The position numbers were made by a program, and so were the translations under genes. 64,000 bases of DNA from a bacterium ADurb.Bin243 (lineage in GTDB: Bacteria; Muiribacteriota; UBA9980): positions 8,436 through 72,435 of the forward strand of contig MWBZ01000012.1 of NCBI GenBank assembly GCA_002069765.1, given 5' to 3'. The notes below the pieces were generated by a model, which made no database searches, was not told the origin of the DNA, and saw only the letters and a list, made by a program, of their open reading frames with translations. Below, piece by piece: positions 8,685 through 18,920 of this stretch (within the stretch, counting starts at the first letter, position 1; every line of letters starts with the position of its first letter).

Positions 8685-10211
8685 TTAACTAACGCCGCCG
8701 CGGACGGCAAACCCCCTGCTTGTTAATTCCGCCATCACCGCTTTAGTGCGGGCGTTTTTCGCGCTTAAATAATTGCCGATAAATTTTTTTCTGGAAATAA
8801 GCGTTTTCAACACCAGATCGCGATAAATCGAAGCGGCCTGCCTGACGTCGAGCGTTTCGGTAGGAAATATTATCTCGCACTGATCGTTTTGCAGCACCTT
8901 AAATTTATCGACGCCGTGCGCGCCGGAGCGTTCTTCGAAATACCGCGTGCCGTAATGGGCCAGCATGGTATTCGGGCCGATAACGTCGCAGTGCTTTACC
9001 ATGAAATCCAGGTTTTCGCGGAGCGTCTCTTCGGTATCCGAACGGTCGCCCCACATCATCATTCCCATCAGGAGCACGCCGTTTTTTTTCATAAGCGCTG
9101 AAACCGACCTCATAGTATCTGTGGATATTATTTTTTTGAAAGATTTTTGGACCCTGCCGGAAACGCTTTCGAATCCGCACATTATCTGATAAAGCCCGCA
9201 GGCGCGGTACCGCTTCAATAAATCGGCGTTACTCAGAATATTAGCCGCCGAGCTCTGTATCCAGAAGTTGATTTCAAAGCCCCGTTTTTTTTCGAATTCC
9301 AGCAATTCTAAAAATTCTATATTCCTGGAACGGTCCTGCCAGAAATCGCTGTCGCCGAAATAAAACACCCTTCTGCCGTATGCGTTGTATAAAATTTTTA
9401 AAATTTCGAGGCATCTTTTCGCGCTGAACCCGCGCCATTTGTGCCCCCAGAAAGCCGAATCGGCGCAGAAAGAACATTTTTTAACGCAGCCGCGGCTGAA
9501 ACTTACTACGAAACCTACCGATCCGCCCAGCGGCGGAAGGGTATAAAGGTCCATGTCGAAATACTCGAAGGCCGGAATCTGAAGCTCGTCGAGGTTTTCA
9601 ATCTGCGGCATCGGAGGCGTAAAAATTGTTTTGAAAATTTCCGCGCGGTCAAAAAGGCCTTCGCCGCAATTAAACCCGCTGAACTTTCCGGAACCGGCGA
9701 AAATCTCTTTTAAAGTTTTGTAAAAACCGCGGCCGCGCGCGGCGAATTCTTTGCAATACGCTATTCCGCGAAGATCTGCCAAAGCGGATATCCGGTTTTC
9801 TTTTACCGCCGAAAGCAGCCCTGCGAATACCTTTTCGCCTTCGCCCGCGGCGATAACGTCAAAATATCCGCGGCCGATGACCTCGGCGGCGTATGACGAT
9901 AAAAAATTACCGCCGCCGGCGATGATCGAGCGGGGAGAGTATTTTCTGCAAAGCGCGGCAGTGTTGAGAGTTTCATATGCAAAAGCCGATTTCGCGCCCG
10001 AAATGGCTATGACGTCCGGCGCAAAATTTTTGCAGGCGGCCGCGAGGGATTTAACTGGATCAATTTCGAGCGACAGGTCCAGGACCGAAATGCCGTCCGG
10101 CGCGGCGAATTCGCGCGCGGACGGAATAATGGCCAATAGCCCCGGCGAAGGCATTATACCCGGAAAAAATTCCCACGGCTTATGCGGCGGATCGACGAAT
10201 AATATCTTCAT
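8685..10211 (-). CDS. Cobalamin-binding-domain radical SAM protein (class B-like), paralog A
   Basis: CxxxCxxC cluster motif RGCVKKCSFC; N-terminal Rossmann-like B12-binding-type region (MKILFVDPPHKPWEFF). The ORF extends to 10310, but the likely start is the internal ATG at 10211, which overlaps the stop of the upstream gene (ATGA). Confidence 0.75.
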   Translation of the reverse strand: MKILFVDPPHKPWEFFPGIMPSPGLLAIIPSAREFAAPDGISVLDLSLEIDPVKSLAAACKNFAPDVIAISGAKSAFAYETLNTAALCRKYSPRSIIAGGGNFLSSYAAEVIGRGYFDVIAAGEGEKVFAGLLSAVKENRISALADLRGIAYCKEFAARGRGFYKTLKEIFAGSGKFSGFNCGEGLFDRAEIFKTIFTPPMPQIENLDELQIPAFEYFDMDLYTLPPLGGSVGFVVSFSRGCVKKCSFCADSAFWGHKWRGFSAKRCLEILKILYNAYGRRVFYFGDSDFWQDRSRNIEFLELLEFEKKRGFEINFWIQSSAANILSNADLLKRYRACGLYQIMCGFESVSGRVQKSFKKIISTDTMRSVSALMKKNGVLLMGMMMWGDRSDTEETLRENLDFMVKHCDVIGPNTMLAHYGTRYFEERSGAHGVDKFKVLQNDQCEIIFPTETLDVRQAASIYRDLVLKTLISRKKFIGNYLSAKNARTKAVMAELTSRGFAVRGGVS

Positions 10212-11704
10212 CTGGCCATAACGCCCGTTTTCTGCATCTGATAGACAGCTCTTTTCGTGATGAATTCCCTGTAGAATTCGTCGAACTCCTGGTAATTTTT
10301 CTGCACCCACGGCTTCATCGTGAAAAAACTCCAGCCCATCTTGACGAACATGTTGACATAAGTCCTGTAAAGCGGTTTCTTTGAAAAAAGATAATTTCCT
10401 AAAAACTTTTTATTGAACATAAGGTGCCTGCCGACGGTTTTTTTATAATAATAATCCGCGTCGGCCGCCGATAATTCGGCGGTGCGGGTAATGCAGTTTG
10501 TCATATCGTATTTAGTGAGATCGCGGACTTCTATGGCGCCCAGTTTTTCGCATTCGTCGTAATAAGGCGTGCCGGGCCATGGAGTTACTGCGTCGGGCCC
10601 TATTATATCGCAATGCTCGTTCAAAAACTCCAGCGCTTCTACAAGGTCCTGCATGGTGTCATAAGGCGTTCCCCACATCATCATGCCCATTATTATGAAC
10701 TCATGGGGTTTGAGCGTTTCCAGCGCGCGCATTACGAGATCGAAATCCTGGGGCTTATTTAAAACCTTCAGCCCTTTTGGCTTGGGCGTTTCTATTCCAA
10801 CCATGATCTGATAGACGCCCGCTTTTTTTAACCCGTCCAGAAGGGCGGCGTTCTTGACCACGTTACGGCAGGTCGTTTGAATCCACATTTTTATGTCGAG
10901 CTTGTTTTTCAAAACGAGGCCGATGAATTTTTCAGTGCGCTCCTGGTCATGAAGAAAATCGTCATCTCCTATGTAAAAGACGCGCTTATTGTATTTATAA
11001 CGGAGCGTAGAAAGAGCTTCGATCATATATTCGGCGCTATGGCCGCGCCAGCAATGCCGCCACAGGAGAGTTTCAGAGCAAAACTTGCATCTGCCCTGGC
11101 ATCCGCGCGAATATGTGGCTGTAAAGCCGATATTTCCGCCGAAAGGCGCCAGGGAATAGCGGTGCATAGGAAATAAATCGTAGGCCGGCATCGGAAGCGT
11201 ATCCAGGTCTTTAATGAATTCGCGTTCGGCCGTTTTGAACGGTTTTCCGTCTTTAAGGTAAGCCAGGCCGTTTATCGTCGAAAAATCTGTAACGCCGGTA
11301 TTTATAGCTTTGAGCAGTTCCATCATGGTGACTTCGCCCTCGCCGATGACTATGAAATCCAGCAATCCGCCTTCGAGGCCCTCGCGCCATAGCTGATTGG
11401 AAATGTAACCCCCGGTCATTATTTTAGCATCGGGCAGTATTTCGCGTATCAGCCTGGCGCAGTTTAAAACGTCGTACCAGAAGCTCGGAAGCGATCCCGG
11501 AATACATATAACGTCGGGACGCTCTTTTTCGAGATATTCGGCCGTTTTGTTCCACGGCCTGCTCGATTCCGCATAAGCGTCGTAAACTTTTACGTTAAAG
11601 TCGCGGCGCGCGACCGCGGCCAGGTAGATAAGCGCCGGATTAGCCGTCAGGCCCCTGAAAAATTCCCAAACTTTATGGATCGGATCTAAAAATAATACTT
11701 TCAT
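10208..11704 (-). CDS. Cobalamin-binding-domain radical SAM protein, paralog B
   Basis: Motif RGCQGRCKFCSE; N-terminus MKVLFLDPIHKVWEFF parallels paralog A. The ORF extends to 11800; the start is uncertain (11704, 11743 or 11800). Confidence 0.7.
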   Translation of the reverse strand: MKVLFLDPIHKVWEFFRGLTANPALIYLAAVARRDFNVKVYDAYAESSRPWNKTAEYLEKERPDVICIPGSLPSFWYDVLNCARLIREILPDAKIMTGGYISNQLWREGLEGGLLDFIVIGEGEVTMMELLKAINTGVTDFSTINGLAYLKDGKPFKTAEREFIKDLDTLPMPAYDLFPMHRYSLAPFGGNIGFTATYSRGCQGRCKFCSETLLWRHCWRGHSAEYMIEALSTLRYKYNKRVFYIGDDDFLHDQERTEKFIGLVLKNKLDIKMWIQTTCRNVVKNAALLDGLKKAGVYQIMVGIETPKPKGLKVLNKPQDFDLVMRALETLKPHEFIIMGMMMWGTPYDTMQDLVEALEFLNEHCDIIGPDAVTPWPGTPYYDECEKLGAIEVRDLTKYDMTNCITRTAELSAADADYYYKKTVGRHLMFNKKFLGNYLFSKKPLYRTYVNMFVKMGWSFFTMKPWVQKNYQEFDEFYREFITKRAVYQMQKTGVMAR

Positions 11705-11708
11705 AAGT

Positions 11709-13253
11709 TCAGCTCCTTTGATTGATAACTTTACCGTATTCATCGTGCTTGAATAATTTTTTGCGATACCCGAAACGCGACGCAAAGCTTTCGAACGCAT
11801 GTATCCATACGAGTTTTACGTAAGCGCGCTGGTTAAGGCGTAAAAATCTGTTGCGCGAAAACATTTTAAGGTAAAAATCGATATTCATATTAAAAAATTT
11901 AAAAAGCTCGAATTCATATACCCGGCGGGTGGTTTCGTAATCCATGTCCCCGGCCGGCATTATAACGTGCGCCTGGTCGTAAAGAGAGTAATCGGTTACA
12001 AAAATCTTTCCTTTTTCTTTCATTTCGTCAAAAAGGGGCGTGCCGGGGTAAGGCGTAAGCGGGCTCGGGCAGACAAAATCCGAATATCTGCCGAAATATT
12101 TAAGCCCCTCATGAAGCGTTTTTTGATTGTCGTATTGCGTTCCCCAGACGAGCATGGTCATTAGCAAAAGGCCGTTCGCTTTGATTATTTTCATGGCCCT
12201 ATCGATAATTTCCGGATCGGAGTAGGGTTTTTTCAAGTTTTTTAAAACGTCAGAAAACGGGGATTCGGCGCCTATCATAATTTCAAAGAGCCCGGCGCGT
12301 TTCAATACGGGCAAAATGTCCTGGTTTTTTATAACGCTTCCGCAGCAGGACTGTATGTGGAATTTGATCTTCATCTTCTTTTCGAATATAAGTTCGGCGA
12401 ATTCCAGCGCCCATTGCCTGTTATATAAAAAATCGGTGTCGCCGATAACAAAGATGTCGCGCCCGTATTTATTATAAAGCAGCTCGATAAGGCCCGCCGC
12501 ATAACCGGCCGAAGGCTTTCTCATGGTATAGTTCCATTCGTAAGCTTCGGAGCAGAACTTGCAGCGGTTCGAGCAGCCGCGGCTGAAAATAACCCCGAAA
12601 GCCCTGCTGCCGCCGAAAGTGGGCGAAGTATAGCGCTCCATCGGATACAGCTCATATGCCGGATACGGCGATTCGTCGAGGCTTTGAATAAGAGCCCTGT
12701 CCGGCGTGCTTAAAACGGCGTTTCCGTTCATAAAAGAAATTCCGTTAACCGCCCCGAGCGCTTCAGTCATGCGGCCTGTAATACATGTATTTTCGGCCAG
12801 CGACCTGCGCGGCGAAGCGTCGCGGCCTACGCTCGAAGCGAGTATCTCAGCCAGCTGCTTAACGGTAATTTCTCCTTCGCCCCTTACGGCTATATCGATA
12901 AGCCCTTCTTTTATATACTTTTCGTAAAAGACCGAAAAAATTATCCCGCCGCCGGCGATGATCGTGTCGGGCGAGAATTTGCGAATAATTTTAAGCTCGG
13001 CCGAAACTTCGTTGATCTGGCATGTATGAGTGCACGACACGCCTGCCAGATGAGGCCGGAACTCTTCGAGGACACGCTTTAGCTTTTCCCACGGCCGCTC
13101 TTCGATGCTCAAATCGAGGACCCTGAGATTGTAATTTTTCTTCAAACATGAAGCCAGTATAGAAAGCGCTGGCGAGGGTATCGTGCCGTTAAACCATAGC
13201 GACAGGTTTTCGGGAGCGTCGACGAGTAATATTTTAAATTCTTCAGAATTCAT
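11709..13253 (-). CDS. Cobalamin-binding-domain radical SAM protein, paralog C
   Basis: Motif RGCSNRCKFCSE; N-terminus FKILLVDAPENLSLWFNGTIPSPALSILAS. Its start codon overlaps the stop of paralog D (ATGA). Confidence 0.75.
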   Translation of the reverse strand: MNSEEFKILLVDAPENLSLWFNGTIPSPALSILASCLKKNYNLRVLDLSIEERPWEKLKRVLEEFRPHLAGVSCTHTCQINEVSAELKIIRKFSPDTIIAGGGIIFSVFYEKYIKEGLIDIAVRGEGEITVKQLAEILASSVGRDASPRRSLAENTCITGRMTEALGAVNGISFMNGNAVLSTPDRALIQSLDESPYPAYELYPMERYTSPTFGGSRAFGVIFSRGCSNRCKFCSEAYEWNYTMRKPSAGYAAGLIELLYNKYGRDIFVIGDTDFLYNRQWALEFAELIFEKKMKIKFHIQSCCGSVIKNQDILPVLKRAGLFEIMIGAESPFSDVLKNLKKPYSDPEIIDRAMKIIKANGLLLMTMLVWGTQYDNQKTLHEGLKYFGRYSDFVCPSPLTPYPGTPLFDEMKEKGKIFVTDYSLYDQAHVIMPAGDMDYETTRRVYEFELFKFFNMNIDFYLKMFSRNRFLRLNQRAYVKLVWIHAFESFASRFGYRKKLFKHDEYGKVINQRS

Positions 13254-14791
13254 CGGCCCCCGTCCTTCCAGGCTTCACCCATAACCGATTCGTAACCGGG
13301 CTGGTCGTAAAGCTTCTTATGATAGCGCACCGGATTCATAAAGCCTTCGAGCGCGTTCATCCAGATTAATTTAGTGAAGTGCCAGTAATTGATCCTTAAA
13401 AATCTGTTTTTTGAAAACAGTCCCATGTAATAAAACGGGTTTAAATTATAATGCCTCAAAAGCCCCATTTCGTATGTGAACCGCGTTTGCGCGTAACTCA
13501 TTCCGCCTGCGGGGGCTATTACGTGAGACTGGTCGTACACCGCCATATCTTCTACGTAAATTTTGCCTTTTTCCTTCATTTCTTCGTAAAGCGGAGTGCC
13601 GGGATATGGCGTGAGCACATTAGGGCAGGTTATGTCGGCGTATTTATCGAAGAATTTAAGCCCCTCACGGAGCGTTTCGGCGCTGTCGTACTCGGTGCCC
13701 CAGAACATCATGGCCATAAGTAAAACATCGTATTTTTTAACGATCTGCATGGCTTCGATCATGGTTTTTTGATTGAGGTGAAAACTTTTCAGCTTATTTA
13801 AGACGTTTTGAAACGGCGACTCCGTGCCGAGCATAATTTCAAAAAGCCCTATCTCTTTTAACTTCGGGACCAGCGATTCGTTGCGTATAATAGTGGTGCA
13901 CGCGGTCTGGATATGAAATTTTATCTTCACTTTTTTTTGCTTTATAATGTCTATAAATTCCTCGACCCACTCGCGGTTAAGTAAAAAATCAGTGTCGGCG
14001 AATATAAAAGTTGTGCGGGCGTAGTTATCGCGCAAAAGCTCTATGTGCCTTACCGCGTATTCGGGCGAATTGCGCCGCAGAGTATAATCCCATCCGAACG
14101 ACTCGGAGCAGAAACAGCATCTGTTTGCGCAGCCGCGGCCGAAAGTAATTCCGAAAGTTTCATTGCCTCCGTAGATGGGTATTTTATAGTGCCGCATAGG
14201 GAACATTTCGTATGAAGGAAACGGAATTTTATCCAGATTGTGAATATGCGCGCGGGTTTTAGTAACGTGAACCACGCCGTCGCAGATAAAAGCGAGGCCG
14301 TCGATAGCTTTTAATTCGGCGTATTTTTTTGATATGTCAACTGCATTCCCCGCCGCGGCCCTGTTTTTAAAAGAGCAAAGGCTGCGGGTGAGTTCGCTGA
14401 AAGTGAGCTCGCCCTCGCCGGTGGCTATAAAATCAACGAGGCCTTCTTCGAGATAGTCCTTATGGAAAACTTTAAAATGAACGCCGCCTCCGCACACCAG
14501 AGTTTTCGGCGAAAATTTACGAATCATCAAAAGAGCCGCGCGCACTTCGTTTACATGGCATGTGTGAGTGCACGGAATAGCGATCAGATCCGGCGCGAAA
14601 TCGCTCAGGCAGTTTTTTAAACTCTGCCATGGGGTTTTATCGACATTCAGATCCAGAACGCGCACGTCATAGAGCGTTTTAGTGTATGAAGCCAGTATCG
14701 CCAGAGCGGGCGACGGCAATGTGCCGTCGAACCATTTCCAGACCGATTGCGGGGCATCGAGCAATAATATTTTAAAATTTTTTTCGAGCAT
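13250..14791 (-). CDS. Cobalamin-binding-domain radical SAM protein, paralog D (first gene of the operon)
   Basis: Motif RGCANRCCFCSE; about 50% identical to paralog C over the N-terminal 100 aa by eye. Confidence 0.75.
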   Translation of the reverse strand: MLEKNFKILLLDAPQSVWKWFDGTLPSPALAILASYTKTLYDVRVLDLNVDKTPWQSLKNCLSDFAPDLIAIPCTHTCHVNEVRAALLMIRKFSPKTLVCGGGVHFKVFHKDYLEEGLVDFIATGEGELTFSELTRSLCSFKNRAAAGNAVDISKKYAELKAIDGLAFICDGVVHVTKTRAHIHNLDKIPFPSYEMFPMRHYKIPIYGGNETFGITFGRGCANRCCFCSESFGWDYTLRRNSPEYAVRHIELLRDNYARTTFIFADTDFLLNREWVEEFIDIIKQKKVKIKFHIQTACTTIIRNESLVPKLKEIGLFEIMLGTESPFQNVLNKLKSFHLNQKTMIEAMQIVKKYDVLLMAMMFWGTEYDSAETLREGLKFFDKYADITCPNVLTPYPGTPLYEEMKEKGKIYVEDMAVYDQSHVIAPAGGMSYAQTRFTYEMGLLRHYNLNPFYYMGLFSKNRFLRINYWHFTKLIWMNALEGFMNPVRYHKKLYDQPGYESVMGEAWKDGGR

Positions 14792-14847
14792 TCTGCACCT
14801 GATATCATTATGTTATAAAAGTTTATGGCAAAGCATTGCACACATAA

Positions 14848-14856
14848 ATTATATCA
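14848..14856 (-). promoter_or_regulatory. Putative extended -10 promoter element (TGATATAAT on the minus strand) upstream of the radical SAM operon
   Basis: Reverse complement of 14848-14856 reads TGATATAAT, about 57 nt upstream of the start at 14791, in an AT-rich 170-bp intergenic region. Confidence 0.3.
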
Positions 14857-14963
14857 AACCGCGCAGGTAAATGCAAATAAAAAAAACGCCGGACAAGCCT
14901 GCGCTCGATTTTTTTCGCGGCAGGGTTAAATCGTTAAACAGGTCTTTTGAATGATTATTTAAA

Positions 14964-15428
14964 TCAGCGGACAGGCATATGGCTCATTAATCTCATTAGC
15001 GGCGGCGGATTGACTGGCGCGACCGGAACGAATTTTCGGGCGGCGTTTACGCAAAGCCGGTTATAAGGAATTCCGGAAAGGCTTTTTTCAGAGGAAGCCG
15101 AAACGATATATTTATTTTCTTTTTTTTCCACCAATAAATAATCGGCCCGTTTCGTGAAAGGGTCCGGATAAAGGTTTCTCAAATATCCTTTTTTTTGGGT
15201 TAATTCTGAAATCGAGGCCGGCCATTTTTTTTCTTCGAGGTTAAACCTTAAAAGCGCCATATTATATTCGAGCAGATATGATTTGAGCAGTTCTTCCTTT
15301 GCGCCCCTGACGGCCGTTTCTGAATTTAAAGCCAGCTTATGCGCCGTAACTGCCGCAATCATTACGAAGATAATGACGATTATAATAACTCCGCCGCGCC
15401 GGCTTTGAAATTTATCATAAATTTTCAT
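14964..15428 (-). CDS. Pseudopilin-like protein (GspK/minor pilin-like N-terminus RRGGVIIIVIIF)
   Basis: N-terminal hydrophobic segment after an RRGG motif; C-terminal motif SISELTQKKGYLRNLYPDPF shared with the three neighbouring pilins. Confidence 0.45.
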   Translation of the reverse strand: MKIYDKFQSRRGGVIIIVIIFVMIAAVTAHKLALNSETAVRGAKEELLKSYLLEYNMALLRFNLEEKKWPASISELTQKKGYLRNLYPDPFTKRADYLLVEKKENKYIVSASSEKSLSGIPYNRLCVNAARKFVPVAPVNPPPLMRLMSHMPVR

Positions 15429-15831
15429 ACTTTACCTTTTCGAGGCTCTCTCCGCGGGCGCCTGATTTGATATCATAAACGTCTTTTTTTTGCGTCGACG
15501 AAGGTATTATAATCCACGTGTCGTTTTTCTCGGTTACCGGATCGATCGGAAGGGCCGTGATATATTTTTTGTCCACCAGTTCCTGAAGGCTTTCCGGATA
15601 CCTTTCATGGTCCTTATAGAACCTGGATATGGTGTCGCGCACGCCGCGAAGGTTGCTTTTTAAAACGCTTTCCTTCGTTTTTCTGGCGCTCTCGCCGATC
15701 AAAGGCTGGCTCGCCGCGAATAAAATGCTTATGATTATTACGACGGCAAGCACTTCTATAAGCGTAAAGGCTTTGATTTTTCGTAAACCGTAAAATTTAT
15801 TTGCTTTAAGCGTACATGATGCAAAAGGCAT
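15415..15831 (-). CDS. Prepilin-type N-terminal cleavage/methylation domain protein (type IV pilin / T2SS pseudopilin)
   Basis: KAFTLIEVLAVVIIISIL class III signal peptide, with Ala rather than Gly at -1; C-terminal SLQELVDKKYITALPIDPVT. Confidence 0.75.
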   Translation of the reverse strand: MPFASCTLKANKFYGLRKIKAFTLIEVLAVVIIISILFAASQPLIGESARKTKESVLKSNLRGVRDTISRFYKDHERYPESLQELVDKKYITALPIDPVTEKNDTWIIIPSSTQKKDVYDIKSGARGESLEKVKYENL

Positions 15832-15884
15832 ACTATCTTCCCCGCTTTTTTTATTTTAACGCCGATATTTAAAAAACGGACTTC

Positions 15885-18800
15885 TTATAACCTGGCGTCC
15901 CTGACTATAATTTTTATCTTCTTCCATTCGAATTCGATTTCCTTGAAAATTTCAATAGCTTCCTTTATGTCGATTTTTTCGATCATTTCCAGCTCCGACG
16001 CGAGGCGCGCAAGCCTGTTAAAACACATGTTCAATGACGCGCCTTTAAGCGAGTGGGCGAGCTGCGAAATATTATGGGCGTCTTTGCGCTCTACCGCGTC
16101 CGCGAGCCCTGCCAGCGATTCGGCGAATTTATTCAAAGACATTTCCAGGAGCTTTTCAAACAATAACTTATCGTTATCCACTCTATGCATAAATTCATCG
16201 GCGTCAAAACTCGAGCATTGCTGAGCCTCCGCTTTTATTTTGCCGCCGGAAATATTTTCAGTCCCCGCGGCGAGATATTTTTCGAGGACCCGGCGAAGGT
16301 GCTCAGGGTTTATGGGTTTCGTTAAAAAATCGTTCATCCCTGCCGCAAGGCATCTTTCTTTTTCTTCTTTAAGCGCGCCGGCGGTCAGAGCTATTATAGG
16401 CACTCGCGCGGCGCCGGCGGCTTCTCCGGCTCGAATCTGCCTGGCGGCTTCTATTCCGTCCATTACCGGCATTTGAATATCCATTAATATAAAATCCGCG
16501 CGGCCGGTTCCCGCCGCTTCAACCACTTCTTTTCCGTTCTGTGTTTCGATGATTTCCGCCCCCGGGATATGCCTTTTTATCATCGTTTTAACCAGCAGCA
16601 TATTTATATGCGAATCCTCGGCCAGAATTATCAAAGGCGGCCTTTCCACGGCGGGAACTATTATCTTAGAAGATAAGTCGAGCTGCCTGTTGACGTATTC
16701 GTTAAAACCGGAACCGCTGTGAATATTTTTAAGATAATAAAACAGCTCGGCTGCTTTTACCGGCTTTACCAGATTGAAACGAACGCCGAGTTTTTTGCAT
16801 TTATCCGTGATATCCGGATCGTCTGACGAGCTGTGCAGTAGAATCACGGGTTGCCTTGCAGCCGATAAGTTTAATTTTTCACGGATCATGCTTATGGTAT
16901 CCAGGCCGTCGAGCTCCGGCATATGGTAGTCGACTATAATAACGTCAAAACGCTCCTGTGAAGATATGATTTCGAGCGCCTCGCGCCCTCCCGCGCAGCC
17001 GCAAAACTCGATGTTCCAGCTTTTAAGGGTGTGTTCGAGAATCAACCTGTTGTTGTCGTTATCATCGACCACGAGTATCCTTTTAACGTCTTCGATGCTT
17101 CTGACGTTTTGATTTTCGGCATATCCATATTCCGTTTCCAGCGAAAAAAAGAAAACGGACCCGCGCCCCGGCTCGCTTAAAAGCTCTATTTTTCCGCCCA
17201 TCTTTTCGATAAGAAGATTCGAAATTATAAGGCCAAGGCCGGTTCCGCCGTATTTTCTGGTAGTCGACGTGTCGGCCTGCGTGAAAGCCTTGAAAAGCTT
17301 AGCCTTCTGCTCTTCGCTTATGCCGATGCCGGTGTCGCGCACTTCAAAAAAATATCTGCCTTTCCTGTCGTCTATTTTGCTGAACCGCAGCTTGATTTCG
17401 ATTTCGCCGCTATCGGTGAATTTTACGGCGTTACTTAAAAGATTGACCAGCACCTGCTTTAAGCGGACCGGATCCACGGCCGCAAAATTAGGCGTATCGG
17501 GATGTATATTTATCAAAAGCTCGAGGTTCTTTTTAGACGCCTGAAATTTAATAATATCCGAAGCGGTTTCGACAAGCTCCGTTATATCGGTCTTTATGGT
17601 TTCGAGCTCGATGCGGCCGGCTTCGATCTTTGAAAAATCGAGTATATCGTTAATAATTCCGAGAAGCGATTGCGCTGAAATATTTGCATTTTCGACGAAC
17701 TGGCGCTGGACCGAGGTTAAATCGGTGTTTTTAAGAAGGTCGGTAAACCCGATCACCCCGTTTAAGGGCGTGCGTATTTCGTGGCTCATATTCGCCAGAA
17801 ACTCGGATTTGGCACGGTTTGCGGCTTCGGCATGTTCCGCGAGCTCCTGCGCGTGGCTCATCGCTTCCTGCAGGCGGCGGTTCGCTTCCAGCAGCTGGCG
17901 CTCGTAAAGCTTGCGTTCCGTTATGTCGCGGGTAACGCCGTGATAACCGGTCAGCAGTCCGGTTTTATCGCGGTACGCTACAACGGTGATCTCTGTCCAC
18001 ACCCAGCTTCCGTCTTTGCATTTTTGCTCCAGCTCATAACGCAGAGGGCCGGTTTTCACGCCGCGCCGCTCGTCTTCAAGGCGCCCGGCGTTGGCTTTTT
18101 TAATATGTTCGACGCCTTCGGGCTTTAACATCGACCATAGCTCTGTGCCGATGACTTCTTCCTTGCCGTAGCCACGCATGCGTTCGTCCGCGGGGCTTAT
18201 ATAAGTAAAACGGCAGGCGCTATCCATATGCCAGATAACGTCGCTCGAATTTTCGGCCATGATCCTGAATTTTTCTTCACTTTCGCGCCTCGCGTCTTCG
18301 CTGGTTTTCAATTCGAAATATTTCCACACGGCGTCCATCAATAAAGTAAGCTGCAATATATCGGCTTCGTCATATTCGCTTTCTTTGTTGGCTACTCCGA
18401 CTACCGCCACTACGGCGTCATCGCGGAAAATCGGCACGGTCAAAAAACGCCTGAGCTCGACATGGCCTTCAGGGTAGCCTTTTTTCAAAGGATGGGGGGC
18501 GCCGAAATCGTTTAAAACGATCGCCTTGCGCTGGCGGACGGCTTCGCCCCATACGCCGGTTTTGTCCAGAGCGTAAACGGTCTGCGGATCGACGACGGTG
18601 CATTCTTTCATAACGTCTCTGGACCAACTGTTTAAAATGAACTGCTTGGTGTCCTCTTTGTAATAATAAATATAGCCGATTTTGCTTCCGGTAATCGCGA
18701 TAGCCTCGTTGAGGGCGTTGTCCAGATATTGCTGGTTGCTTTCACCCCTGAAATGCATTATATTCAAAACACTTCTGAGGCGCTCCACGTTGCGGGCGTC

Positions 18801-18908
18801 TCCGCTTCCGGCGGAATTTTTCGGCGCCCCGGCCTTACCGCGGGAAGCGTTTGAAATATTATTTTTTTTCGTAATTTCTTTCACCATAATCGGATCCTCG
18901 CGCGGCAT
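15885..18908 (-). CDS. Hybrid sensor histidine kinase/response regulator (GAF, PAS, HisKA, HATPase_c, two receiver domains, HPt)
   Basis: 1007 aa; H-box FLANMSHEIRTPLNGVIGF; two REC domains (ILVVDDNDNNRLIL... and PLIILAEDSHINMLL...DIQMPVMDG); C-terminal HPt (AHSLKGASLNMCFNRL). Confidence 0.85.
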   Translation of the reverse strand: MPREDPIMVKEITKKNNISNASRGKAGAPKNSAGSGDARNVERLRSVLNIMHFRGESNQQYLDNALNEAIAITGSKIGYIYYYKEDTKQFILNSWSRDVMKECTVVDPQTVYALDKTGVWGEAVRQRKAIVLNDFGAPHPLKKGYPEGHVELRRFLTVPIFRDDAVVAVVGVANKESEYDEADILQLTLLMDAVWKYFELKTSEDARRESEEKFRIMAENSSDVIWHMDSACRFTYISPADERMRGYGKEEVIGTELWSMLKPEGVEHIKKANAGRLEDERRGVKTGPLRYELEQKCKDGSWVWTEITVVAYRDKTGLLTGYHGVTRDITERKLYERQLLEANRRLQEAMSHAQELAEHAEAANRAKSEFLANMSHEIRTPLNGVIGFTDLLKNTDLTSVQRQFVENANISAQSLLGIINDILDFSKIEAGRIELETIKTDITELVETASDIIKFQASKKNLELLINIHPDTPNFAAVDPVRLKQVLVNLLSNAVKFTDSGEIEIKLRFSKIDDRKGRYFFEVRDTGIGISEEQKAKLFKAFTQADTSTTRKYGGTGLGLIISNLLIEKMGGKIELLSEPGRGSVFFFSLETEYGYAENQNVRSIEDVKRILVVDDNDNNRLILEHTLKSWNIEFCGCAGGREALEIISSQERFDVIIVDYHMPELDGLDTISMIREKLNLSAARQPVILLHSSSDDPDITDKCKKLGVRFNLVKPVKAAELFYYLKNIHSGSGFNEYVNRQLDLSSKIIVPAVERPPLIILAEDSHINMLLVKTMIKRHIPGAEIIETQNGKEVVEAAGTGRADFILMDIQMPVMDGIEAARQIRAGEAAGAARVPIIALTAGALKEEKERCLAAGMNDFLTKPINPEHLRRVLEKYLAAGTENISGGKIKAEAQQCSSFDADEFMHRVDNDKLLFEKLLEMSLNKFAESLAGLADAVERKDAHNISQLAHSLKGASLNMCFNRLARLASELEMIEKIDIKEAIEIFKEIEFEWKKIKIIVRDARL

Positions 18909-18920
18909 GGCCGCCCTATC

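Noticed and set aside
14647-14870. Small ORFs (64 and 62 aa) at the head of the radical SAM operon, considered as possible RiPP precursor peptides
   Set aside because: They overlap the N-terminus of radical SAM paralog D in other frames or run antisense. They lack ribosome-binding sites and have no leader or core peptide character, so there is no support for a precursor.
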